Part shown: positions 30,610-39,443 of the stretch, one piece after another
Numbering within the stretch: the stretch's first letter is position 1
How the letters are laid out: each line of letters opens with the position of its first letter
Notes under the pieces: model-generated
The model's input: the letters and a program-made list of their open reading frames with translations, nothing else
Told to the model about the DNA's origin: nothing
Databases searched by the model: none
Assembly: GCA_023247705.1 (NCBI GenBank)
Contig: JAHFFY010000008.1
Location: 664-64,663, forward strand
Length of the DNA stretch: 64,000 nucleotides
Reading direction: 5' to 3'
Source of the DNA: Candidatus Omnitrophota bacterium
Lineage (GTDB): Bacteria > Omnitrophota > Gorgyraeia > Zapsychrales > JAHFFX01
Position numbers and translations under genes: made by a program

Positions 30610-30712
30610 GGTGATCCGGTTATCAGGGGATCAGGGACTAGGAATCCGAGATCAGGGATCTGGGACATTAAAAATATGATCCGGATTATCTATCCCCGGA
30701 TTTCCTGATCAC
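30610..30712. repeat. GATC-dense imperfect palindrome between two minus-strand genes
   Basis: GGTGATCCGG...GATCAGGG...GATCAGGGATCTGGG...TGATCCGG...CCTGATCACC: six GATC sites in ~100 bp; outer arms GGTGATC/GATCACC. Confidence 0.4.
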
Positions 30713-30744
30713 CCCACGGATTGTTTTCTTCAATCTCCTTGCGA

Positions 30745-31710
30745 CTACGAAACACCCACCCACCGTTCCAAATCGCAGCCGTCGGAACTAAGTTCGAAAA
30801 TACCGATCCGCGTTCCGTCGCCATAAAGTTTTCCGGTCGCCGGATCGCGGGCGACGCGGGTGATCCATTCATACCCGAGATCAAAATTTTTTTTCGTAAA
30901 CCATTTTTGCGGCATCACATTCACGGTCCCAAAGGCAGGCCGAATCTCAAAGATCGCGTAGGCGGCGTTTTCTTCAGGATACGGGACCGCCAGAAGAATT
31001 TCATCGAGCGTTTCAAATTCTTTTGGGAAACGGAAATGGTGCAACCCTTCCTGCAATGTCCCGGGAACCAATATCGATGAAACCGGATTAGCCAACGAAT
31101 AATACGGTTCCTTCGAGTTCCGAAAATTCGCAGGGAGATCCTCCAGATGAAAGACCGGCATTTTATCCGGATCAAAACACAATAATTGAATCTGGTCTTT
31201 TTTGGAAAACCATAATCCCAGATAATGCGGCGATACCGCGAAGGCGCGCGTATACGCGTTAAGCGCCAAGATAAAATTCTGCGGTTCGTTTTGTCGGGAC
31301 AATGTCACCAAGAAAGAATGTCTTCCATTCGTTCCATGAAACGTCCAGACATAATGATGTTTGGAGGCGCCTTTGATCGTGGGGAACGTCTGCCAGTACC
31401 ACGGGGCCGGCCCGATGGCATTATTAATGACGGTCTGAACCGAGGCGCTGACATTGGCCTTTTTAAAAAAATGCCGCGGAGCGGCAAAGTAGATCTTGCG
31501 CAAGACCAGATAAAGCGAAATCATCAAGACAAAAAAAACAACCAAAGCGATTTTGCCCTGGACCGGTGCTTCTTTAAACCATAACGTTAATTGATTAACA
31601 ACCAGGATCAAACAGAAGGTCGAGAAAAGATAAATCAATTTTCTGAACAAAAAAAAATTTTTGATATACAAATGTTCTTCTTTGAATTTTTTGAGGAATT
31701 GCAGGTTCAT
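30745..31710 (-). CDS. Hypothetical membrane-anchored protein (321 aa)
   Basis: Two N-terminal TM helices then a soluble domain; no recognisable motif. Confidence 0.5.
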   Translation of the reverse strand: MNLQFLKKFKEEHLYIKNFFLFRKLIYLFSTFCLILVVNQLTLWFKEAPVQGKIALVVFFVLMISLYLVLRKIYFAAPRHFFKKANVSASVQTVINNAIGPAPWYWQTFPTIKGASKHHYVWTFHGTNGRHSFLVTLSRQNEPQNFILALNAYTRAFAVSPHYLGLWFSKKDQIQLLCFDPDKMPVFHLEDLPANFRNSKEPYYSLANPVSSILVPGTLQEGLHHFRFPKEFETLDEILLAVPYPEENAAYAIFEIRPAFGTVNVMPQKWFTKKNFDLGYEWITRVARDPATGKLYGDGTRIGIFELSSDGCDLERWVGVS

Positions 31711-31821
31711 CCGCCGGATTTATCCAAAAGGTTATTATTGGGCCGCATTGTTCATCATCATATTACATCTCCCTGAAAAAGCAATTTCAATTTGGCTTTC
31801 GCCAATCAAACATGTTTTCTT

Positions 31822-32208
31822 CTAGTTCAACTGCGCGATGAGAAAGCCCAAACGGAACACAGCAAACCCGATCACCACACTCAACAGAATATACAGCAAT
31901 GCGCTCCCCGCGGCCCCCGCCTTGTTCAACTCATCCGTCTCTAGAATAAACGTCGAGAAGGTCGTAAAGGCCCCGCAAAACCCGGTCATGAGAAACAATT
32001 TCAAGTCACTGCCCAATAAAAATTTCTTTTCGGCCAGGCCTGCCAAAAGACCGATGATAAAACATCCCAACCCATTGACGACCAAGGTGCCGTAAGGAAA
32101 AACCGGTCCGGCAATACGGGTGATCCATCCGGCCAAAAGATACCGTGCGATCGTCCCCAAAGTCCCGCCGGTCATCAGACAAAACAATTTATTCCATCCC
32201 ATCTTCAA
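31822..32208 (-). CDS. crcB: Fluoride channel CrcB/Fluc
   Basis: 128 aa; four TM helices; GTLGTIARY and GFCGAFTTFSTF motifs. Confidence 0.85.
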   Translation of the reverse strand: MKMGWNKLFCLMTGGTLGTIARYLLAGWITRIAGPVFPYGTLVVNGLGCFIIGLLAGLAEKKFLLGSDLKLFLMTGFCGAFTTFSTFILETDELNKAGAAGSALLYILLSVVIGFAVFRLGFLIAQLN

Positions 32209-32591
32209 CCAACCTTTCGGGGTGCAATCAACGCGGCGCTGAAATACAACAAGAGCCCCAATCCGCCCGCAAAGATCAAAACGACAAAGATGATCCGGAA
32301 GATGACCGGATCCAGATTAAAAAATTCGCCCAAGCCCCCGCAGACCCCGGCGATCTTGCGGTCCCGGTCGGACAAATAAAACCGTTTATGCGCAACGACC
32401 GCGACCGTTCCCTCGTTTTCAGGGACCACCATCCACATCACGAAATAAACCAAAATCCCGATTCCCCCTAAAACAGCAACCAGGACAAACGCAATCCGGA
32501 GGATGACCGGGTCCATTTGAAAATATTCTGCCAACCCCCCGCAGACCCCGGCGATTTTACGTTCTTGTTTGGATCGGTAGAGTTTTTTCAT
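32205..32591 (-). CDS. Tandem PspC-domain membrane protein
   Basis: Two repeats KIAGVCGGLAEYF...DPVILRIAFVL / KIAGVCGGLGEFF...DPVIFRIIFVV; overlaps crcB by 4 bp. Confidence 0.75.
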   Translation of the reverse strand: MKKLYRSKQERKIAGVCGGLAEYFQMDPVILRIAFVLVAVLGGIGILVYFVMWMVVPENEGTVAVVAHKRFYLSDRDRKIAGVCGGLGEFFNLDPVIFRIIFVVLIFAGGLGLLLYFSAALIAPRKVG

Positions 32592-32594
32592 AGA

Positions 32595-33356
32595 TCAAGA
32601 ATGTATTCTTTCTTGCATTTCTTGACGACTGGTTGTATAGCAAATCTTCGCAATAGACTCATTCTCTAGCTTTTTTTGGTTAGCTAATGACGGATCAAAT
32701 GATACTAAATTATATTTATCCCTTTTTTGAGCACTTCCATATTTAATCCCATCATATCCTTTAGCTTTCAATAACTCTGCTACATATTGAGTTGGGATGT
32801 ATGAACAATTGTCATCAGGGATGTTGGGCACAGAAAAATACATATTTAACCCCCACCACAATAACCCCTCTTCCTCCGCAATTGTTATTGCATTGTTTTT
32901 TTTCTTCTTTATATATTCCTCTAAAGAGAACGTATCGGTAAAAATATCAACTATTGCTATATCTCGCTTTAATTCAAACAAAGCAAGAGTTAACGAAGCT
33001 CCTATATATGGACGAGTCTCCGCTATAGCTGTATCTTGATCCTCGGCTAAATACAAATGAGAGATCCCTTTAGGATTTGCCCTACCATCAAGAGATTTTT
33101 CTCTTGGAGGAGCGTTCATTTCTGCTGATGTTAAAAGATCTCCTTTAATTACATTGTTTTCTAGTTTAGGACCATGCCCGATCCTTGCTCTCCAAAACTG
33201 TGTTTTTTTATTAATGATTTGTCTTCTATTTTTTGCCGAGTCAGCAATTGTTATTACAAAATTGTCTAATTCTGGATTTAAGATAAATCTATTATTATTT
33301 ATTAAGTAATTGAATAATTTCTCTAGATTCTCAAATGAATTTTCTGATAAAACCAT
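32595..33356 (-). CDS. RES-domain protein (putative NAD+-targeting toxin), orphan, very AT-rich
   Basis: 253 aa; FWRARIG...GRANPKGISHLYLAEDQDTAIAETRPY matches the RES R/E core (GGRWNxxGxxxLYxAxxxxxAxxE); C-terminal SYIPTQYVAELLKAKGYDGIKYGSAQKRDKYNLVSFDP matches the Ser motif. GC by eye ~32% versus ~52% in flanks. Confidence 0.6.
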   Translation of the reverse strand: MVLSENSFENLEKLFNYLINNNRFILNPELDNFVITIADSAKNRRQIINKKTQFWRARIGHGPKLENNVIKGDLLTSAEMNAPPREKSLDGRANPKGISHLYLAEDQDTAIAETRPYIGASLTLALFELKRDIAIVDIFTDTFSLEEYIKKKKNNAITIAEEEGLLWWGLNMYFSVPNIPDDNCSYIPTQYVAELLKAKGYDGIKYGSAQKRDKYNLVSFDPSLANQKKLENESIAKICYTTSRQEMQERIHS

Positions 33357-33543
33357 ATCGTTTTCTCCTGAAAACTTTAGATAACAATTTCAGATTAAAT
33401 ATCCTCCCAGGATTAGCCCAATTATTTACGCCTTTCCTCTAAAATAACCTTGCTCAAAGATAGATCACGGATAACAAGAGGTTTGACGGTTCTTTTCCAA
33501 GCAGGTTGTTTTTGGGAAGAGGTTTTCATATTTTGTCTATTTT

Positions 33544-34548
33544 TCATTTTCCCCCCACCCCCAATAAATCTACGACCTTCCCTACCTTGCGCCTACAAGC
33601 GGTTTTGTAAATGAGGTCCGCGACGGCGACATCCTGGATCGCCAGGCCGGTTGAATCGAAGACCGTCACTTCTTCCTGGGAAATCCGTCCGGACTTCTTT
33701 CCGGCGACGATCTCGCCTAACTGCGCGTAAATATCCGCCCGGGATAAAAGACCCAAACTGACAGGGACATTGATTTCTCCACTGTGCGCAGCCTGGGCCC
33801 AATCGTCCACCACCACTTTGGCGTCGCGCAGGATCTTCGGATCGAGTTCCTGTTTGCCAGCGGCGTCGGCGCCGATCGCGTTGATGTGCGTGCCTTTCTT
33901 GATCCATTCGCGCCGGACAATCGGCGCGCGCGAAGGGGTCGAGGTCACAATGATGTCGGCCTCTTGCACGCACGATGCGATCGTGGCGGAGGCGCTCATG
34001 ATTTCACGGGGGCGTCGCATCTCTTTGATAAACCGTTTCACTTCGCCTTCCGACTTGCCCCAGACGTTCACTTCCCTGATTTTAAAAATCTGCCGCAGCG
34101 CCGCGAGCTGGCTGTGGCCTTGAATGCCGCAGCCGATGAGCGCGACACGTGAAGAATCTTTGCGGGCCAGATATTTCGCGGCCACCCCGCTGGCAGCGCC
34201 GGTACGCAGGGTCGTCGCGTATGTCCCGTCCATAATGCTTAAAGGAAATCCTGTTTGTGGATCACTCAAAATAATGACCGCCATCACCGCCGGAAGATTA
34301 TATTTGGCGTTCCCGGGATGCGCGTTCACCCATTTCAGACTGCATTTATTTAATCTGGAAAGATACACCGGCATGGCGCGGAAATCACCGTCAAATTTCT
34401 CCAGCTCCAGGTAAATCTTTGGTGGCATCTGCGCGTGTCCCAGCCCGTATTCCCTAAAAGCCGCTTCAACGGCCGGGATCGCCTTTTTCATATCGATGAG
34501 TGTTTGAATGGTTTTCTTGTCAAGGATAAGCGTTTGGAATTTTTTCAT
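33544..34548 (-). CDS. Ornithine cyclodeaminase / mu-crystallin family protein
   Basis: 334 aa; Rossmann VALIGCGIQGHSQLAAL and overall OCD-family similarity. Confidence 0.8.
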   Translation of the reverse strand: MKKFQTLILDKKTIQTLIDMKKAIPAVEAAFREYGLGHAQMPPKIYLELEKFDGDFRAMPVYLSRLNKCSLKWVNAHPGNAKYNLPAVMAVIILSDPQTGFPLSIMDGTYATTLRTGAASGVAAKYLARKDSSRVALIGCGIQGHSQLAALRQIFKIREVNVWGKSEGEVKRFIKEMRRPREIMSASATIASCVQEADIIVTSTPSRAPIVRREWIKKGTHINAIGADAAGKQELDPKILRDAKVVVDDWAQAAHSGEINVPVSLGLLSRADIYAQLGEIVAGKKSGRISQEEVTVFDSTGLAIQDVAVADLIYKTACRRKVGKVVDLLGVGGK

Positions 34549-34876
34549 GGTTTATTGGATTGCTTGAAAGTTATTCTGTTAGGACTTTCGCGTTTGGCGA
34601 TCTGCTTCGTTGCCGCCTCCGGTGCTCGCTCAACGTACTTCTGTGTATCGCTTCGCTCCTCGGCAGCGCCTCGCATCTCATCCAAACGCGAAAGTCCTGT
34701 CTGTTTTTTCAGACAGTTCATTTTATCCCAGAGTGCATGGCACTTCAACTTAAGAATTATAAAAGAACTCCGATCCTTTGGATTTCTTTCCTGACTTATC
34801 ACTTGATAACCAGAGCAATTTATTGTCTAATGAATGTGATTTTTTTTAATCATCCTCATAAAGGAATTTACAAAGC

Positions 34877-35824
34877 ATGAAATCGTCCGTTGACGAAGTC
34901 AGTCGTCTCATGAAGAAGGCCAATGACAACCTCGCTTTGGTTGTTAAAGGCAAACCGGAGAAAATCGAGCTGGTTATCCTAGCCCTGGTCGCCGGAGGGC
35001 ATATCCTGATCGAAGACATCCCGGGCGTTGGAAAAACCACCTTGGCCAAGGCCCTGGCCAAAACGATCGATGGGACATTCAACCGCATTCAATTCACGCC
35101 GGATCTTCTACCGACCGACATCACCGGGATCAATATCTTTCGACAAACCGACAATCATTTTTCGTTTCACCCCGGACCGGTCTTTGCCAACATTGTACTC
35201 GCGGATGAAATCAACCGCGCCTCACCGCGTACCCAGTCCGCGCTTCTGGAGGCCATGGGAGAAGAACACGTCACGGTCGATGGCACGTGTCATCCGCTCC
35301 CCTCTGCGTTCATTGTCCTAGCGACCCAAAATCCGATCGAATATCACGGCACTTATCCGCTGCCCGAGGCCCAACTCGACCGCTTCATGCTACAGATCGA
35401 CATGGGATATCTGCCTCAGGAAGACGAACAAAATCTCCTCATCAATCGCACCCGGGAGGAACCGGTTGAAAAAATTTCGTCGGTCCTGTCTTTGGCCGCG
35501 CTCAAAGAATTAAAATCCTTTGTCGACACGATCCTCCTGGAGGAATCGATCAGCCAATATATGCTGGACATCGTTCAGGCGACCCGGCATCATCCGCAAT
35601 TACGGTTAGGTGTTTCGACCCGGGGAACACTTTTATACGCAAGGATGGTCCGCGCGCGGGCGATGCTTCATCAACGCGATTATGTGATCCCCGAGGATGT
35701 CAAACGGCTGGCGGTCCCGGTGTTGGCCCACCGGATCCTGCTCGATACGAAATCGCAATACGAAGGATCCTCCCGGTCCGAGATCATTGCGCAGATTATT
35801 GAAAACATCAAAATTCCCAAATAA
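34877..35824 (+). CDS. MoxR-family AAA+ ATPase
   Basis: 315 aa; Walker A GVGKTTLAKALAKTIDGTFNRIQFTPDLLPTDITG and MoxR C-terminal region. Confidence 0.9.
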   Translation: MKSSVDEVSRLMKKANDNLALVVKGKPEKIELVILALVAGGHILIEDIPGVGKTTLAKALAKTIDGTFNRIQFTPDLLPTDITGINIFRQTDNHFSFHPGPVFANIVLADEINRASPRTQSALLEAMGEEHVTVDGTCHPLPSAFIVLATQNPIEYHGTYPLPEAQLDRFMLQIDMGYLPQEDEQNLLINRTREEPVEKISSVLSLAALKELKSFVDTILLEESISQYMLDIVQATRHHPQLRLGVSTRGTLLYARMVRARAMLHQRDYVIPEDVKRLAVPVLAHRILLDTKSQYEGSSRSEIIAQIIENIKIPK

Positions 35825-35903
35825 GAGGGACGTAAGACATAAGATGTGAGACGTAAATAACGCGTCTAACATCCCTCGTCCTTCGTAAAAAAATTTACAA
35901 ACC

Positions 35904-37151
35904 ATGCCCAAACGACGATGGTCATTCTTCCTGCCGGCGCAGGACCATTTCTTTATCAAAAGACTCCTGATTCACATCAATGTCTGTTTCCCCGACTCCG
36001 GTAAAATTCTTTTGAGCACGTTATTGATCGGCGCTTCGATTGCAGCTCCGGGATTACATCTGATTGCGTATCTTCTTCCTTGTTTTATCTTCACTTTGTT
36101 CGTCACCGCGGTGGGGTTCTCGATTTTTTTCCGTCCTCGCGTGAGTGTCTTGCGCCAGCTGTCTTCGACACCGGCCGTTGGAGAATATCTGATTTACCGG
36201 ATCATCGTGACCAATATCGGGAAAAGACCGATTAAAAATCTAACGGTCCTAGAAGGGATCCTCCCCTTCGGTCTTTACAACGTCTTCGACCACGCAAAGA
36301 TCGACAACACGATCGGCTGCCTTCTGCCAAAAGAAAGCACCTCGCTTCGCCTGGTGATTCACTGCAAATTCCGCGGGGTGTATCAACTCTCGACGATTTG
36401 GGTCGCCAGCAGTTTTCCCTCGGGTCTGTTTCGCTGGCCGGTGCGCCTAAAAAAAACAGACAAACTGACCGTCTACCCGAACTTTATCTCCCAGACCGAA
36501 TTCAAGATTCCCTTCCACCAAATTTATCAGCCCGGAGGGATCGCGGTCAGTTCGCACATCGGAGCTTCGAATGAATTTCTCAACACCCGCGAATACCGTC
36601 ACGGAGACCGCCTGAAAGATATTCACTGGGTCTCCTCGGCCCGCAGCGGCAAACTCATCGTCAAAGAATATGTGGATGAATATTTCGTGCGCATCGGACT
36701 TTTTCTGGACACCGCTTTTTCAAAAGGCGAAGAACCGCATTCCTTTGAAAAAAGAATTTCCATGGCCGCTGGGATCGCCGATGCCATTGCCCGGAAAGAA
36801 TATATTATCGATCTCTTTGCCGCTGGTGAGGACTTATATCATTTTCAAATCGGACGAGCGATGGCACACCTGGAAAATCTGCTCGAACTTCTCTCCTGTC
36901 TGGAAGACACCAAAAAAGTGGACATCAAACGGCTTCAAAATAATTTAATGCGCCACACCCGCGAGATCTCGGCGATGGTCATGATCTTTCACGATTGGGA
37001 TCAAGCACGCTCGCAGCTTTGCCGGAGTCTGGAACATCTAGGGATCAGCCTGCGCGTGATTGTGGTCAGGGATAAATCCCTGACGCTTGCACCCGACCGA
37101 AAACTCGTGATCATCTCGGCAAAAAAGCGAGGCATGGAAAAAATCGAATGA
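35904..37151 (+). CDS. DUF58 (vWA-like) protein, MoxR partner
   Basis: 415 aa; TREYRHGDRLKDIHWVSSARSGKLIVKEYVDE is the DUF58 signature; N-terminal TM helices. Confidence 0.8.
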   Translation: MPKRRWSFFLPAQDHFFIKRLLIHINVCFPDSGKILLSTLLIGASIAAPGLHLIAYLLPCFIFTLFVTAVGFSIFFRPRVSVLRQLSSTPAVGEYLIYRIIVTNIGKRPIKNLTVLEGILPFGLYNVFDHAKIDNTIGCLLPKESTSLRLVIHCKFRGVYQLSTIWVASSFPSGLFRWPVRLKKTDKLTVYPNFISQTEFKIPFHQIYQPGGIAVSSHIGASNEFLNTREYRHGDRLKDIHWVSSARSGKLIVKEYVDEYFVRIGLFLDTAFSKGEEPHSFEKRISMAAGIADAIARKEYIIDLFAAGEDLYHFQIGRAMAHLENLLELLSCLEDTKKVDIKRLQNNLMRHTREISAMVMIFHDWDQARSQLCRSLEHLGISLRVIVVRDKSLTLAPDRKLVIISAKKRGMEKIE

Positions 37152-37160
37152 TTTTTTTTC

Positions 37161-37220
37161 TTTATGGAACCCACCGAGCATGCCCGTGGTACAAGTAGAG
37201 GGATTGACCTTCCCTCTACT
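37161..37220. repeat. Repeat family E copy 1, overlapping the annotated start of the transglutaminase-like gene
   Basis: TTTATGGAACCCACCGAGCATGCCCGTGGTACAAGTAGAGGGAT... recurs at 62834-62975 (TTTATGGAACCCACCGGGCATGCCCGT...CCGTGGTACAAGTCGAGGGAT) with a ~100-bp internal insertion. Confidence 0.45.
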
Positions 37221-39242
37221 AATAAGAAGGAAAAGGTCAATCAGACTGAGACATTGGCGAACGAGGCCCCATCATCTATGGAAATACTCTTAACCGTACT
37301 CTCCGCCTGGGCGGTCTACGGGCTGTGTCAGCACGACGCGCTTCTTCCTTTCTTGGGAACGGTCATCGCGTTGATTTCGTTTTTTAGACGCCCTGTGGTC
37401 AAACTCGAACGAACAATGCGCTGGCTTACCCTTGTTGGAATGGCGCTGCTTTTAGGATGGCTTTGGCGCAGCCTTCTTGTGGAGGACCGGTCGGATTTCG
37501 GATTGATCGGGATCATGCAAACGACATTGGTTTTCCTGTCGATCTTCGTGTGGTTCCAGCATCACTACTCCTATCGGTCATACGCTTTAAGATGGATGTC
37601 CTGGATGATCGTCGCACTTTCGATCGATGTTCGGTTTGAGCGGGTCTCGTACGCGATGTTTTGGATCTTTTGTCTTTTGAATATCTCTTTTATCCTGATC
37701 AAAGCGCTTATGGCATCGGAAAATCTCGGCGAACCCAAAAATCAAAAACGGAAGTTCAAAATCATCTTTTCCCGGTTCTGTTATTTCACTGTGTTTCTCT
37801 CGATCTCCTTTGGCTTATTCGTGGGACTGGTGCGTTTTGTGCAGTTAAGCGACAAGGCCTTCATGCGTTTTATCCAGGATTATTTTCTGCTTTATCCGCA
37901 TCAGTTGTTGGAATTCGGTCAGACCCTCGATCTGCGCAGCCCCGGATACAGCGGACGGGACATCCGCCCGATTTTTGAAATCGACCGCAAGAACACCAAT
38001 CAACTTTATCTCGTCACCCAGATCTTTGAACAATATCAAAACGGACGATGGGAAAAATCGCCCGAAGGGCCCAAACATCCTCTCTCCAATATCCTGCCGC
38101 CGGAACAGGAAAAACTCAATCTGGTTTTATTCGATCAGTTGAAAGGAATCCTGCCCGCCCCCTCCCGGGTGGATGCAGTCCGAAATCACAACCAAATGTT
38201 CGAACAGGACAACAACGGCATCATCACCTCTCCTGATCCCATCATCCTTAAAGCGACTTTTGCGATGGACAGTCATACCGCACCCGCCATTCCAATCACC
38301 TCAGATCAAAAAAGAGCGTTAACGCAACTGTCGCCCTCGCTGCAAACACATCTCAAACCATACCTGGAGCGGATCGTCGGACAGGAATCAGACCCGCTGA
38401 AGGTCGCTCAAACCATCGAATTCTTTTTCCGGAAAAATTTTCAATACTCACTGGATATCAATTACGGGGCGGATGAAAAAGGGTTGCTGGGGATGCTCAA
38501 AGACCGCAAACCAGCTTACTGTTCCTATTTTGCCTCGGCGATGATCCTGATGCTGCGCGAACGCAATATCCCCGCCCGTCTTAAAGGAGGATTTTTTCTC
38601 TCGGAGACCATCAATCATGGTAAACAATTTCTGGCCCGCGTGCGCGACGCCCATGCCTGGGTTGAGGTGCTGGTGCCGGTTGAAGAAAAAAACGGATTTT
38701 ACCATTGGGTCGATTTCGATCCGACACCGGCGGCTGCCCGGTGGGGAGCCATCAACCAGGGCGATCCTTTGAACCCGCTGACCGACTGGTTGTGGCGTTC
38801 ACAGCGGCGCATGCGGGCGGAACTGGTCTCCATCGATGCACCACAGATGACGACACATGTTCTGTTTTTATTTCTTATCTTTATTTTCCTTAAAAATTAC
38901 AAAGATCTCTTGCAAGGATTGAACATGTTCAAACGGCATCCGAAAACGACGGTGAGCGCCTCAGCTACGGACACTCAAAACTGCCTTGCCATCTATCAAT
39001 CCTTTGAAGCCATCCTGCAAAACAAATTCGGAATCCGCAGGCAATCCCATCAGACCGACGAAGAATTTCTCATGGATCTACGCGAACGCAACCTGATGTC
39101 CGTTGAAACGATATCATTCATCGGGTCGTTTATTAAACAATACCACGCCGTGCGGTTTGGAAAAAAAACTTATCGTCGTCTGGAGGATTATGTTCAGGCG
39201 CTGGATGGAAAGATCAAACATGGAAAAAAATCACGGACGTAG
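37164..39242 (+). CDS. Transglutaminase-like superfamily membrane protein (Cys-His-Asp core), third gene of MoxR operon
   Basis: 692 aa; several TM helices; KPAYCSYFASAMILMLR (Cys), RDAHAWVEV (His), WVDFDPTP (Asp). The first 38 codons are repeat-encoded, so the true start is probably MEILLTV at ~37278. Confidence 0.75.
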   Translation: MEPTEHARGTSRGIDLPSTNKKEKVNQTETLANEAPSSMEILLTVLSAWAVYGLCQHDALLPFLGTVIALISFFRRPVVKLERTMRWLTLVGMALLLGWLWRSLLVEDRSDFGLIGIMQTTLVFLSIFVWFQHHYSYRSYALRWMSWMIVALSIDVRFERVSYAMFWIFCLLNISFILIKALMASENLGEPKNQKRKFKIIFSRFCYFTVFLSISFGLFVGLVRFVQLSDKAFMRFIQDYFLLYPHQLLEFGQTLDLRSPGYSGRDIRPIFEIDRKNTNQLYLVTQIFEQYQNGRWEKSPEGPKHPLSNILPPEQEKLNLVLFDQLKGILPAPSRVDAVRNHNQMFEQDNNGIITSPDPIILKATFAMDSHTAPAIPITSDQKRALTQLSPSLQTHLKPYLERIVGQESDPLKVAQTIEFFFRKNFQYSLDINYGADEKGLLGMLKDRKPAYCSYFASAMILMLRERNIPARLKGGFFLSETINHGKQFLARVRDAHAWVEVLVPVEEKNGFYHWVDFDPTPAAARWGAINQGDPLNPLTDWLWRSQRRMRAELVSIDAPQMTTHVLFLFLIFIFLKNYKDLLQGLNMFKRHPKTTVSASATDTQNCLAIYQSFEAILQNKFGIRRQSHQTDEEFLMDLRERNLMSVETISFIGSFIKQYHAVRFGKKTYRRLEDYVQALDGKIKHGKKSRT

Positions 39243-39443
39243 CCAACCGTACGCTAACCTCATCGCAGTGACCGCGGCCGCAGAGCTTCCGATGACGCTG
39301 ATTCCGATCTGAATAATACGATTTTGGATATGCCTCACGAGAAGGACAACGAAAACAAAAATCGAACCCGCCATGATCACCAAAGCCACTGATAAAAAAA
39401 ATCCCGTACCGTATCCAACGGCTGCTTCTGTCTGAAGACTTGA

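Noticed and set aside
32592-32700. Looked for a fluoride riboswitch upstream of crcB
   Set aside because: crcB is co-transcribed with the pspC-domain gene, whose upstream region is occupied by the RES gene 3' end; no crcB-motif consensus was seen.
33593-34152. Several 100-126-aa ORFs on both strands
   Set aside because: All lie within the ocd gene in alternative frames (Arg/Gly/Pro-rich).
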